Assembly (NCBI GenBank): GCA_963848295.1
Contig: CAWKDB010000002.1
Location: forward strand, 1,376,001-1,440,000
DNA from: an uncultured delta proteobacterium
Lineage (GTDB): Bacteria; Myxococcota_A; Polyangia; Haliangiales; Haliangiaceae
Direction of reading: 5' to 3'
Length of the DNA: 64,000 bases
The notes beneath the pieces were generated by a model. That model did not search any database, was not told where the DNA came from, and saw nothing but the letters and a program-made list of their open reading frames with translations. Positions 21,037 through 32,435 of this stretch are shown piece after piece. The translations under genes were made by a program, and so were the position numbers. Within the stretch, counting starts at the first letter, position 1. Every line of letters starts with the position of its first letter.

Positions 21037-21070
21037 GGCGTAGGCGTAGGCGTAGGCGTAGGCGTAGGCG
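21037..21070. repeat. Hexamer tandem repeat (GGCGTA)x5.7
   Basis: Directly visible, between the preA stop and the RBS of the ureidopropionase. Confidence 0.95.
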
Positions 21071-21071
21071 A

Positions 21072-22195
21072 CTAGTTCGTCACCAGCGTGCAGGTTTCCT
21101 TCGCGATGTCGCCCTTCCAGGTCTCGACATCCTTCGCGGTCTTGACCGAGCGCGCCGCTTCCTTGGCTTCGCGCGAGGCCTTCTGGCGATCGACGAGGTC
21201 GTGGTGCGTCGTGAAGAACGGCAGGCTCTTGCCGATGAAGTCGCGCAGGTTCGCGAACTTGTGGTCGGTCATGAACTTCGCGAGCTCCTCTTTGAGCTCG
21301 CTGATGATCTCGTAGCCGCGCAGCATCGCGCCGGTGCAGACCTGCACGGTCGACGCGCCGAGCAGGAAGAACTGCGCCGCGTCGAAGCCGGTCTCGATGC
21401 CGCCGATGCCGCTGATCGCGACGCCCGGGTTCGCGCGCGCGACCTCCATCACCTGGCGCAGCGCGATCGGGCGCACCGCCTGGCCGGAGTAGCCGCCCGG
21501 CACGCTGTGGCCCTCGACGGTCGGCATCGGCCGCAGCGTCTTGAGGTCGATGCCCGACACCGACAGGATCGTGTTGATCATCGCGATGCCGTCGGCGCCA
21601 CCGCGCAGCGCGGCCGCCGCGGGCACGGTCGGGTTGCCGACGTTCGGCGTCATCTTCGCCCACACCGGCAGCCTCGCGACCTGCCTTCACCCAGCCGCAG
21701 ACCTCTTCGACGATGTCGGGGTTCTCGCCCATCGCCATGCCCATCTTGCGCTCGGGCAAGCCGTGCGGGCAGCACAGGTTGAGCTCGAAGCCGTCGACGC
21801 CGGTCTCCTGGACCTCGCGCACGATCTGCTGCCACGCGTCCTTGCTTGTACTCCTCCATGATCGACGCGATCAGGATCTTGTTCGGATAGTTCTTCTTGA
21901 GCTGCTTGAGATCGTCGAGCCAGTCCGCGTACGGGCGATCGCTGATCAGCTCGATGTTCTGGAAGCCGATGACCTCTTCGCTCGTCCGGCCGCGCAGCTT
22001 CGCGTAGCGCGGCGCGGTGTTGATGACCTTGCTGGCGTCGAGCGAGAACGTCTTGCACACCATGCCGCCCCAGCCCAGGTCGTAGCTGCGGGCGATGACC
22101 TTGCCGTTCGTGCCCGGCGGGCCGGAGCCCAGCACGAACGGGTTCTCGAACTTCATGCCGTTGACGGTGATCGATAGGTCGGTGCTGGCGCTCAC
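21072..22195 (-). CDS. preA: Dihydropyrimidine dehydrogenase, PreA/PYD1-type FMN domain (frameshifts near 21845 and 21680)
   Basis: NPFVLGSGPPGTN, NIELISDRP, ELNLCCPHG.PERKMG, WAKMTPN, SGIGGI, VQVCTG; GGAGG RBS. Confidence 0.9.
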
Positions 22196-22312
22196 GTCGC
22201 CCTCCAAAACAGGGGTTGCAGAACGAAGTTCGGATAACACGGGCTCACAGGGTCATCAAGTGCGGAGCTTCGTCGGTAACCACCGTCGCCCGAACCCGTG
22301 CGATGATGCCGT

Positions 22313-24472
22313 GTGCGCCCGGGATGGCTCGTCGTGCTTTGCGCGCTGTGCAGCTGCCAACAGCTGTTCGACGTCGTCGGGGCGCCGGACAACGACGCCG
22401 GGGGCGACGCCGGCCCGCTGCCTCGCGGGTGGCTACAGGTGACCGCCGGCCGCAACCTCACGTGTGCGATCGCGCTCGATCAGAGCCTGTGGTGCTGGGG
22501 TGAGAGCTCCGAGGGCGAGACCGGGACGACGACGAATATCGCGGTCGACCAGCCGACCCGCGTGGGGTCGGCGAGCTGGCTCTCCGTCGATACCGACTAC
22601 GCATCCGTCTGCGGCATCCAGGCGGACAACTCGTTGTGGTGTTGGGGCTACGGGGCCTACGCGAACCTCGGCCTCGGTAATAACTCGAACGAAACGACTC
22701 CGACCGAGGTCGCCGGTAGCTGGCAACAGGTCTCGGTCGGCCTGCAACACACCTGCGGGATCAAGATCGATCACACGTTGTGGTGCTGGGGCTACAACGG
22801 CGATTACGAGCTCGGCGATGGCACGATGAACACGGCGGCGCTGCCCGAGCAGGTCGGGACCGCGACGTGGACGGCAGTCGGCGCCGGCCTGTACCACACC
22901 TGCGCGATCGCCGCGGCAGACAACGCGATGTGGTGCTGGGGCAGCGGCAGCCTCGGCGTCATGGATCTTTCGCAGGTAGCGACTCCGATGCTAGTCACGA
23001 CCGGCGACAAGTTCTCGTCGGTGTCTGCCGGCTACGAGATCACGTGCGCGATCACGACGAACCAGCAACTGCGCTGCTGGGGCAATGGCTTCAACGGCGG
23101 CGGGCCGATGCCGGTGACGATCGACGGCGCCGATCCGGCGGACTGGACCTCGGTGTCAAGCCGGAGGACTCACGTCTGTGCGACGCGCGGCGATGGATCG
23201 TTGTGGTGCTTCGGTGATGACTCGACGTCCGAGCTCGGCTTCGACCTCACCGGCGGTCAAGCGACGGTGACGGACGCGACCCAGGTCACCGGCGGCGGCG
23301 AGAGATCATGGACCTCGGTCGCGACCGGCACCCAGCATACGTGCGCGATCGATTCGCAGCACGGGTTGTGGTGCATGGGCAGCGACGGGTTTGGCGAGCT
23401 CGGTGACGGCGGGACGAGCCATCGCACGCCCACCGCGGTCCCGGGATCGTGGACGAACGCGAGCGCCGGCACCGAGGGCACCTGCGCGGTCGATACGTCC
23501 AGCAACCTCGCCTGCACGGGCTTAGGCACGAACGGTCAGATCGGCGACGGCAACTTGATCAACCGCAAGTCGATGGTCTCGCTCGGGCCGGGCTGGCTCA
23601 CCGCGAGCACCGGCCGCGAGGATCGGTGCGGCGTGGCGCTCGACGGCACGCTGCGATGCTGGGGCCAGAACTCGTATGGCGAGCTCGCCAAAGGTGCAGG
23701 CGAGCTCGACGTGCCCACCGCGATCGCCGTCCCGGATTCGCTCGATGGCGGGACGACCATGATCGCATCGGGCAACCAGACCTGCGCGATCGAGAGCGAT
23801 CAAGCAGTGTACTGCTGGGGCCGGAACGTCTCGGGCGAGATCGGCATCGATGACTCGGTCGATACCTCGATCATCACGCCGACCGAGGTGTTCAGCGGCG
23901 CGACCGCGGTGGCGACCGGCGCCGGCTTCACCTGCGTCATCGCCCAAGGCACCACCTTCTGCTTCGGCTATGGCGTCGATGGCGAGCTAGGCGACACGCA
24001 GAACGCCTCGTCGCCGATCCCGATGCCGGTCGATGGGGCGTTGGTCGGCATCACTGCCGGTGCCGAGCATGCGTGCGCGTGGGACCCGGCGGGCACGGCG
24101 TACTGTTGGGGGGAGAACGTCGAGGGCGACCTCGGGCTCGGCAACGCCACGGAGTTCAACTCGCCGCAGCCGCTACCGAAGTCGTGGACGCAACTCTCGG
24201 CTGGCGACGTGTTCACGTGTGGCATCGCGAGCGACCACACGCTGTGGTGCTGGGGCGCCAACGACACCGGTCAGCTCGGGGACGGGACGACGCTCGATCG
24301 CAACTCGCCGGGGCAGGTCGGCACGGCGAGCAACTGGCAGTCGGTCACCGCGGGCAACCAGCACGCATGCGCGATCGACGACACCGACACGATGTATTGC
24401 TGGGGCCTCAACGACAGTGGCCAGCTCGGCGACGGCACGGCCTGGACCGCGACGCTGACCCAGGTCCACTAA
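22313..24472 (+). CDS. RCC1-repeat lipoprotein
   Basis: Cys-containing signal (LCALCSC); many G..HTC.I......WCWG.N..G.LG repeats. Confidence 0.92.
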   Translation: MRPGWLVVLCALCSCQQLFDVVGAPDNDAGGDAGPLPRGWLQVTAGRNLTCAIALDQSLWCWGESSEGETGTTTNIAVDQPTRVGSASWLSVDTDYASVCGIQADNSLWCWGYGAYANLGLGNNSNETTPTEVAGSWQQVSVGLQHTCGIKIDHTLWCWGYNGDYELGDGTMNTAALPEQVGTATWTAVGAGLYHTCAIAAADNAMWCWGSGSLGVMDLSQVATPMLVTTGDKFSSVSAGYEITCAITTNQQLRCWGNGFNGGGPMPVTIDGADPADWTSVSSRRTHVCATRGDGSLWCFGDDSTSELGFDLTGGQATVTDATQVTGGGERSWTSVATGTQHTCAIDSQHGLWCMGSDGFGELGDGGTSHRTPTAVPGSWTNASAGTEGTCAVDTSSNLACTGLGTNGQIGDGNLINRKSMVSLGPGWLTASTGREDRCGVALDGTLRCWGQNSYGELAKGAGELDVPTAIAVPDSLDGGTTMIASGNQTCAIESDQAVYCWGRNVSGEIGIDDSVDTSIITPTEVFSGATAVATGAGFTCVIAQGTTFCFGYGVDGELGDTQNASSPIPMPVDGALVGITAGAEHACAWDPAGTAYCWGENVEGDLGLGNATEFNSPQPLPKSWTQLSAGDVFTCGIASDHTLWCWGANDTGQLGDGTTLDRNSPGQVGTASNWQSVTAGNQHACAIDDTDTMYCWGLNDSGQLGDGTAWTATLTQVH

Positions 24473-24514
24473 AACCGCGCCGCCCGCGCCGCCGCCGTGG
24501 TAGGCCATGCCCCC

Positions 24515-26014
<1,500 letters not shown>

Positions 26015-26020
26015 CGCGAC

Positions 26021-26602
26021 TCAGCGCCGCGCGAAATGCGGCATCGGTCCGACGAGCTTGCACGCGAGCGTCGGCGCCTTGCGTAGCGCGAGCGCGAACC
26101 CGGCGCCGTGGCCGTCGAGGCAGCTGTCGCTATCGTCGTCGTCATCGAAGCCAAAGCCGATGCCGCTCGCCGCCGCGTTGCTGCAGTGACCGCTCGAGCA
26201 CCGGCCGCCCTTGCAGTCGGAGTCCGAGCCGCAGTGACCGCACTTGCTATTCGAGCACGTGCCGATCTTGCAGTCGGAGTCCGACCCGCAGTGACCGCAC
26301 TTGCCGTCCGAGCAGTTGCCGTTGCCGTGGCAATCCGAATCGGAGCCGCAGTGGCCGCACTTGCCGCTCGAGCAACTGCCGACCTTGCAGTCGCTGTCGC
26401 TGCCGCAGTGGCCGCACGTGCCGCTCGAACAGTTGCCGTTGTGGTTGCAGTCTGAGTCCGAGCCGCAGTGGCCGCACTCGCCGTTGCTGCACTTGCCGTA
26501 GCCCGCGCAGTCCGAATCGGATCCGCAGCTCCCTGCCCGAGCGCCGCGCGCCGCGAAGCCGCACACCAACAACGTGATCACGAACACTACTTGACGAGCC
26601 AT
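26021..26602 (-). CDS. Secreted Cys-rich tandem-repeat protein
   Basis: GAGGAGG RBS; signal peptide ending ARA; six CGSDSDC-containing units. Confidence 0.85.
   Translation of the reverse strand: MARQVVFVITLLVCGFAARGARAGSCGSDSDCAGYGKCSNGECGHCGSDSDCNHNGNCSSGTCGHCGSDSDCKVGSCSSGKCGHCGSDSDCHGNGNCSDGKCGHCGSDSDCKIGTCSNSKCGHCGSDSDCKGGRCSSGHCSNAAASGIGFGFDDDDDSDSCLDGHGAGFALALRKAPTLACKLVGPMPHFARR
26183..26527 (-). repeat. Six coding repeats of 57-60 bp (CGHCGSDSDC-x4/5-CSxGx)
   Basis: Visible at protein level and as recurring CCGCAGTG(G/A)CCGCAC on the + strand. Confidence 0.9.
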
Positions 26603-26726
26603 GGCACCCTCCTCGAGCGGCCCCATGCCGCGCGCGGACGATACGACACCTCGGTCCGAGTAGGACAGCCGCGAAACGATCTGTCCGCACCCCGCGCGCG
26701 ATCCTCGGCTTTGATATGATTCGGCG

Positions 26727-28067
26727 ATGGTGAGGTTACTAGCGCGAGCTTTGACTATTGCAGCGGTCGTAGGGGGGTGCGGATCGGTCAACCCCGCAAC
26801 CATCGATGCGGGTCCCGACGCCAAGGGCGGAGCCGACGCGCTGCCGCAAGGCATGGCCGTCGTCGTGACGAAGACCGAGGTCAGCGGGGTCACCGGCGCC
26901 GCACAGGCGAACGTCCCGGTGATCTCGATCGGCGCCGACGGCACGACCGTGCTCGGCTCGGTCACGACCGATGCGAACGGTCACGCGTCGGTCATGGTCG
27001 AGGCCGGTGGCTCGGTGACCGCGGTGTACGCGCACGTCGCGCCCGATCAGGCCAACGACTTTCAGACGTTCGTCGGCGTGAAGCCCGACGACACCCTGAA
27101 CTTCGGCGGCAACGCCATCGTCCCGGCTTCGGCGGCGATGACCGGATACACGGTGAGCTGGAGCGCGTTCGCCGGGGCGACGTCCTACGTTATCTATTTT
27201 CCGTGCGGCGGCGTCGGGGTCGGGACCGCCCTGACCTTCTCGACGACCGGCTACGAGAACGCGTACTGTCACCAAGATCAGATGGACTTCCTGGTCCTGG
27301 CGTACGGCGGGTCGGGCACGGTCATCGGCAGCCTGTTCGCGCAGCGCACCTACGCGGCCGGCGGGACCTATCCGCTCGGGTCGCTGGGCACGGTCAACAC
27401 CAACATGACCTTGAGCTTCTCCGGGCTCGACCCGAGCTACACGCAGGTCGACTACGGCGTCTATGTCATCCAGCAGGGGCGCTACGTGTACAGCAACGGC
27501 TCGGGCGGTCAGCCGACCGGCGGCGCGTACACCGGAATGATCAACCAGTGGCCACGCGGACAAGGCGACCGCACGCTCGCCTACCTCGATCTCTACGGCG
27601 CTGGTCAATTCTCCGGCATCACGCTCTATGATCAATTCTCGAGCGAGAACACGTCGTGGACGGTCGCAAACCCACCCGCGATCCCGCAGATCGCGACCGA
27701 CGCCGAGTTCGTGAGCCCCGCCGCCGGGATCGGGAACTGGTTCACGACCGGAACGGGCACGATGACCGGCCAGGTGGTCGAGGCGTACTGGACGCACACC
27801 TTCGGCGCAAACCAGTACACCAGCTCGTGGAGTCTGGTCGTCCCGCCGGACGCGCTCGCGCTCGTGTTCCCGCAGCTACCGTCACCGTACAAGGAGCTGA
27901 CGTTCCAGCCCCAGGATCAGGACAATGGCTTCGACCTCGAGGGGTTCCTGATCCCGAGCGTCGCCAACTACGACGCGCTGCGCGCGATGTCGTTCTCCGA
28001 GGCCGCGCAGCCGACAACCGCGCTGCTGAACGGCGACTTCGATCGCGTCCTCATCTGGGGTTACTAG
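26727..28067 (+). CDS. Hypothetical lipoprotein (paralog 1)
   Basis: VVGGC lipobox; shares GGSVTA.Y, DF..FVGVKPDDTL.FG, PQLP.PY and FLIPS...YDA.R with the next gene. Confidence 0.8.
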   Translation: MVRLLARALTIAAVVGGCGSVNPATIDAGPDAKGGADALPQGMAVVVTKTEVSGVTGAAQANVPVISIGADGTTVLGSVTTDANGHASVMVEAGGSVTAVYAHVAPDQANDFQTFVGVKPDDTLNFGGNAIVPASAAMTGYTVSWSAFAGATSYVIYFPCGGVGVGTALTFSTTGYENAYCHQDQMDFLVLAYGGSGTVIGSLFAQRTYAAGGTYPLGSLGTVNTNMTLSFSGLDPSYTQVDYGVYVIQQGRYVYSNGSGGQPTGGAYTGMINQWPRGQGDRTLAYLDLYGAGQFSGITLYDQFSSENTSWTVANPPAIPQIATDAEFVSPAAGIGNWFTTGTGTMTGQVVEAYWTHTFGANQYTSSWSLVVPPDALALVFPQLPSPYKELTFQPQDQDNGFDLEGFLIPSVANYDALRAMSFSEAAQPTTALLNGDFDRVLIWGY

Positions 28068-28069
28068 CC

Positions 28070-29425
28070 ATGACGAACCTCTACAAGCTCATCCCCTTCG
28101 CGTTGACCGCTTGCGGCGCGGTCGCCAACCACGGTCTCCCCGACGCCAGCGGCCGCGACGGCGGCCCGGACGCGGTCGTCACCGGCACGGCGAACGTGGT
28201 CACGAACACCGCGGTGCCCGGGTTCGGCGCGGTCGGCGCGGCGCAGCCCATGGTCCCGGTCGTGTCGCTGACGCCGGACGGCATGCTGTTCGACAAGCAG
28301 ATCTCGGACGCGACCGGTCACGCCACGGTGAAGGTGTTCCCGGGCGGCTCGGTCACCGCGATCTACCAGCACATGCTGCCCGACATGGGCACCGACTTCT
28401 CGTCGTTCGTCGGCGTGAAGCCGGACGACACGCTCACGTTCGGCAACGTGTTCACTCCGCCGGCCGGCGCGGCGGTCGGCATGATGACGATGACGTGGAC
28501 CGCGTTCGCCGGCGCCTCGTTCTACGTGGTCATCACGCCATGCGTGACCTCTCCGAACACCGCCGGTCTGTCGTTTCAGTTCACCGAGACCAAGGACTGT
28601 CACAAGGATCCGATGGGCATCACGGTCGTCGCGTACAACAGCGGCGGCACGGTGCTCGGAGTCTTGACCGCGAGCGTGCCGTTCTCGCTCAACGCGACGC
28701 ACCCGCTCGGCGTGCTGCCGCCCGCGAGCGCGACGTTCGCGTATTCGGTCGGCAGCATCAACCCCGCGTTCAACGAGCTGTACACCGAGAGCGACGTGAT
28801 CGTGAACGGGAATACGAGCTTCTCCGCCGGCAACGACGTCAACCTCGCCGCCGGCTCCGGGACCTCGAACGTGACGCCGTGGCCGACGGGGCTGGTCGCC
28901 GACCGGGTCGTGGCGCTCACCGAGCCTGGCAACAACAACAACGCGTACGCCGCACAGGAAGTCCTCGACGGGGTCGCGGTCGCCACCGTGACGGAGACGT
29001 TGAGCCCACCACCGGTGTTGCCGCTCTTCCCCACCAGCGCGGCGCTGGTGAGCCCCGAGTCGCTGATGGCAGCGTGGGCGTTGGCCGGCCCGGAGCCGAG
29101 CAGCGCCACGCTCGTCGCCGCGCACTGGGAGACCGAGATCAGCGGGACCTACTACAACAGCTCTTGGTACGTGATCACGCCGCCCGAGATGACCTCGCTC
29201 GGGCTGCCGCAGCTGCCCGCGCCATACGACGCGCTCGAGCCGACCTTGATGTCGCAACCCGAGAACGGAACGATCACGAACTTCCTGATCCCGAGCATCA
29301 CCGGCTACGACGCGATCCGCAAAGAATCCGAGGCCAACCTCGTGAACCTGTTCGACGCGGTCGCGAGCGGCACCTACGCGCGCGTCGTGCTCGACGCGAT
29401 CTTCACCGGCCGCCGCGGCGGCTGA
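28070..29425 (+). CDS. Hypothetical lipoprotein (paralog 2)
   Basis: ALTAC lipobox; same conserved blocks as paralog 1; starts 2 bp after its stop. Confidence 0.8.
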   Translation: MTNLYKLIPFALTACGAVANHGLPDASGRDGGPDAVVTGTANVVTNTAVPGFGAVGAAQPMVPVVSLTPDGMLFDKQISDATGHATVKVFPGGSVTAIYQHMLPDMGTDFSSFVGVKPDDTLTFGNVFTPPAGAAVGMMTMTWTAFAGASFYVVITPCVTSPNTAGLSFQFTETKDCHKDPMGITVVAYNSGGTVLGVLTASVPFSLNATHPLGVLPPASATFAYSVGSINPAFNELYTESDVIVNGNTSFSAGNDVNLAAGSGTSNVTPWPTGLVADRVVALTEPGNNNNAYAAQEVLDGVAVATVTETLSPPPVLPLFPTSAALVSPESLMAAWALAGPEPSSATLVAAHWETEISGTYYNSSWYVITPPEMTSLGLPQLPAPYDALEPTLMSQPENGTITNFLIPSITGYDAIRKESEANLVNLFDAVASGTYARVVLDAIFTGRRGG

Positions 29426-29470
29426 CGGCGCACGCCCGACGCCGACGCTGCCGTCCCGCGGGGCCGGCTG

Positions 29471-30016
29471 TTACCGACGCCGACTCTGGCGCGGTGGCTG
29501 ACCGGTCCACTTCTTGATCTTCTTCTCGAGCCCGCGCGGTGAGACACCGAGACGCTGGGCCGCGCGCGCGACGGTCGGTTCCTGCTCGAGCGCGTCGTCG
29601 AACAGCTCGCGCTCCATCTCGTCGAGCGTCTTGGGGATCACGGGCAGCGGCGCGTGGCGCGCGATCTCGCGAAGCTCCTCGACAGGAGCGTCTTTGCCGA
29701 GGCACTTGAACGCGCCGGCCTGCCACGCCGCGAGCTGCAGCTCGGCGGTCACGAAGGCACTGAAGATCACCGGCAGCGTCGCCGGCGAGACTCTGCGCAG
29801 ACCGCGCACCACGTCGAGCCCCGTCGGGCCGGCGCCGAGCATTTGATCGACGACCGCGAGTCGCGGCTTGAGTTGCTTCGCCAGCGCGAGCGCCTCGTCG
29901 CGACCGCCCGCGGTGTGCGTGTCACACCCGAGGTGACGCAGTCGCCTCGCGATCGTCGCGGCCATCACCGCGTCATCGTCCACGACCAGCACCACGATTG
30001 CTTGTTCACCGGTCAT
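29471..30016 (-). CDS. Response regulator (receiver + Fis-type HTH; RegA/PrrA-like)
   Basis: VLVVDDD, AVVDQML, GLDVV; C-terminal TVARAAQRLGVS..GL.KKIKK. Confidence 0.85.
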   Translation of the reverse strand: MTGEQAIVVLVVDDDAVMAATIARRLRHLGCDTHTAGGRDEALALAKQLKPRLAVVDQMLGAGPTGLDVVRGLRRVSPATLPVIFSAFVTAELQLAAWQAGAFKCLGKDAPVEELREIARHAPLPVIPKTLDEMERELFDDALEQEPTVARAAQRLGVSPRGLEKKIKKWTGQPPRQSRRR

Positions 30017-30142
30017 GACGCCCTCCCGCGATCACGCTAGCGAGGCTCGCGGCAATCGGTCAACTACGAACTTTGTTCGCATCAATTGCTCTTGATCACC
30101 GCGATCGAAATTGCGTAGGGTTTTTCTCGAGAGGCGTTACTC

Positions 30143-31426
30143 CTGATGGATCCCCTCGCTTTGGCGGCGTAGGTGATCGAAAGCGCTCCGGATTTTTCCC
30201 AGCTGAGGCGGAATTTCGGAGCTCGCGCGTCGGTTCGAGCGGCATGATGAGCCGTCGATCGATGACAGAGTTTGTTCGAGACCCGCTGGAAGTCGCGAAG
30301 ACGGTGCACCAAATCTTCGGTGATGATCTGCATGCGATGCGCGTGCTGTCGTTGGCGAACGGTGTCGTGGGCACCGTCGACGCAGCGGTGCTGTCGATCC
30401 ACGCGATCGGTCGTGGATACGCGCGCGTCACCAACAACGACAAGAAGCACGGGGTGAAGCAGACCGATCGTTTGCTCGGAAACCCGGGCATCGACGTGTG
30501 GACGTTGTTCCGACCGTGGGCCCAGTTTGTCGTCGCAGAGCGCAAGGAGATCGTCGTCGCGCTCGACTGGACAGAGTTCGATGGCGACGACCACGCGACG
30601 CTGGCGGGCTACCTGATCACCAGCCATGGGCGGGCGACCCCGTTGATCTGGATGACGGTGAGCAAGACCACGCTCAAGAACAAGCGGAATGACCACGAGT
30701 ATCGGTTGCTCGAACGGCTGCACGACTGCGTCGCGCCCGACGTGAAGATCACAGTGCTGGCGGATCGCGGCTTCGGCGATCAGAAGCTGTATCGGTTCCT
30801 GCAGACGCTCGGCTGGGATTTCGTTATCCGCTTTCGAGGAGCGATTCAGGTCGAGGACGCAACGGGAACTCGGAAGACGGCGAACGCGTGGGTGCCAGAC
30901 AACGGTCGCGCCCTGATCCTGCGCGGGGCTCGAGTCACGCGCACGCGCGCCGAAGTGCCGGCGGTTGTCGTCATGCACGCCAAGAGGATGAAGGAGGCGT
31001 GGTGCCTAGCGACGACGCTGAGCGAGCTCAAGGCCGCAGAGATCGTGAAGCTGTACGGCCGACGGTTCACGATCGAAGAAACGTTTCGCGACCAGAAGAA
31101 CTTTCGCTTCGGCATGGGGCTATCGGCGACGCACATCGGCACCACGGATCGCCGGGACCGCTTGCTGCTTCTGGCGGCAGTCGCACAGGCGTTGCTGACG
31201 TTGCTCGGCGCCGCCGGCGAGGCGTGCGGACTCGATCGGCTGATGAAAACCAACACCTCGAAGAAGCGCACCATGTCGCTCCTCAACCAAGGCATTCACC
31301 TCTACGAGGCCATTCCGTACATGGGAGACGAGAAGCTCGCGCCGCTCATGAAATCGTTCGACCACATCGTTCGGCAGCAGGAAATTTTCCGCGCTGTGTT
31401 CGGGCTGATCTGAGGGGATATCTCAG
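30143..31426 (+). mobile_element. Complete IS4-family insertion sequence, 1284 bp
   Basis: Terminal IRs CTGATGGATCCCCTC / GAGGGGATATCTCAG (12/15); 9-bp TSD GCGTTACTC at 30134-30142 and 31427-31435. Confidence 0.93.
30244..31413 (+). CDS. IS4 family DDE transposase
   Basis: ALDWTE, LADRGF and YGRRFTIEETFRDQK (YREK) motifs. Confidence 0.93.
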   Translation: MMSRRSMTEFVRDPLEVAKTVHQIFGDDLHAMRVLSLANGVVGTVDAAVLSIHAIGRGYARVTNNDKKHGVKQTDRLLGNPGIDVWTLFRPWAQFVVAERKEIVVALDWTEFDGDDHATLAGYLITSHGRATPLIWMTVSKTTLKNKRNDHEYRLLERLHDCVAPDVKITVLADRGFGDQKLYRFLQTLGWDFVIRFRGAIQVEDATGTRKTANAWVPDNGRALILRGARVTRTRAEVPAVVVMHAKRMKEAWCLATTLSELKAAEIVKLYGRRFTIEETFRDQKNFRFGMGLSATHIGTTDRRDRLLLLAAVAQALLTLLGAAGEACGLDRLMKTNTSKKRTMSLLNQGIHLYEAIPYMGDEKLAPLMKSFDHIVRQQEIFRAVFGLI

Positions 31427-31532
31427 GCGTTACTCACCTCGAGGGTCGAGGCTGAAGTCTGGATATGCGTCCACGAGCGCGGGCTCGTTGACGGCGGGCC
31501 GTGCATTCCACAATTTCGACGGGGAGCGTCCA

Positions 31533-31927
31533 ATGGGGCGAGTTGCTGCATTTCGCGTGTGCTTGTTCGGGCTGTTGGTGGCGACCGGGACGTCGCGTAG
31601 CGATAGCTCGCCTCCTTCGCTGCCGCCGAGCGCCGAGTCCGAGCCGATCACGGGAACCGCCGTCGATCCGGCGCCCGGCTCGGAGAGCGTTCGCCACGAT
31701 CCGTTCACGCCGTACGATGTCGGCGATCCGGCGGGGACCTGGTCCTACGACCAGCTCACCACGGAAGAGAGGGCGATCGTCGACAAGGGCCGCGATACGA
31801 GCGCGATGGTGCCGGTGCACGCTGCGTTCGCCGCGGCGGTCGCCGAGCGCGCGCAAACCGCCGCCGCGACCTCGGCCGAGCATCAGCTCGGCATCGACAA
31901 CCTCGAGACCCTCGGGGTGTGCCGTGA
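31533..31927 (+). CDS. Small secreted hypothetical protein (probable 1-nt error near 31918 hides its stop)
   Basis: GGGGAG RBS; signal-like N-terminus MGRVAAFRVCLFGLLVA; TGA at 31925-31927 overlaps the next GTG if one base is restored. Confidence 0.55.
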
Positions 31928-32433
31928 AGGCGCTCGTGCTCGCCGGACTCGCCGTCGCGAGCGCCTGCAACTCGGAGAGCGTGCAACGGGATTCGATCGC
32001 GCAGACCGACTACATGGTGCCGTCGAGCTGGCACGCCGTGAAGTCCGCGACGAGGACCTCGGCGACCGTCGTGTGGACTCCAGAGTCCAATCCTCGTCGG
32101 GAGTCCATCTCGATCGTGGCGAGCCCGATCGACGAAGCACTCGCACAGTCTGGCCCGGCCGCGCTCGGTCCGCTCGTCGCGCGGGCGCAAGGCGCGCTCG
32201 GGCGCGTGGCAACACCGTCGGTGCAGCCGATCTCGAACGAGCACGGCCTATCGGGCGTCGAGGTCCAGGTCGACTTCACGCCACCCGGGCAGACCACTCG
32301 CTATCACCGAGTGCATGCGGCGCTGCTCGATGGCAATCGCGTGATTCACGTTCTCTACACCGCCGCGGATCCCGACGCAGCGCTCACCAACTTCAAGCTC
32401 GTCGTCGCGAGCCTCGCGCACGAGGAAGGCTGA
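31924..32433 (+). CDS. Lipoprotein with PsbP/Mog1/DcrB-like pattern
   Basis: MKALVLAGLAVASAC lipobox; Y.VP..W near the N-terminus; strand-strand-helix C-terminus (ALLDGNRVIHVLYTA...FKLVVASL). Confidence 0.6.
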   Translation: MKALVLAGLAVASACNSESVQRDSIAQTDYMVPSSWHAVKSATRTSATVVWTPESNPRRESISIVASPIDEALAQSGPAALGPLVARAQGALGRVATPSVQPISNEHGLSGVEVQVDFTPPGQTTRYHRVHAALLDGNRVIHVLYTAADPDAALTNFKLVVASLAHEEG

Positions 32434-32435
32434 TC

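Noticed and set aside
18300..22195. Pseudogenisation or programmed frameshifting of the pyrimidine operon
   Set aside because: Scattered single-base indels with intact catalytic motifs and no nonsense decay, the same pattern as in mdtBC and NCS1, fit long-read consensus errors better. Needs read polishing to confirm.
26183..26527. Multiheme cytochrome or CRISPR-like array
   Set aside because: The motif is CGHC, not CxxCH. The repeats are in-frame coding units with synonymous variation, and no cas genes are present.
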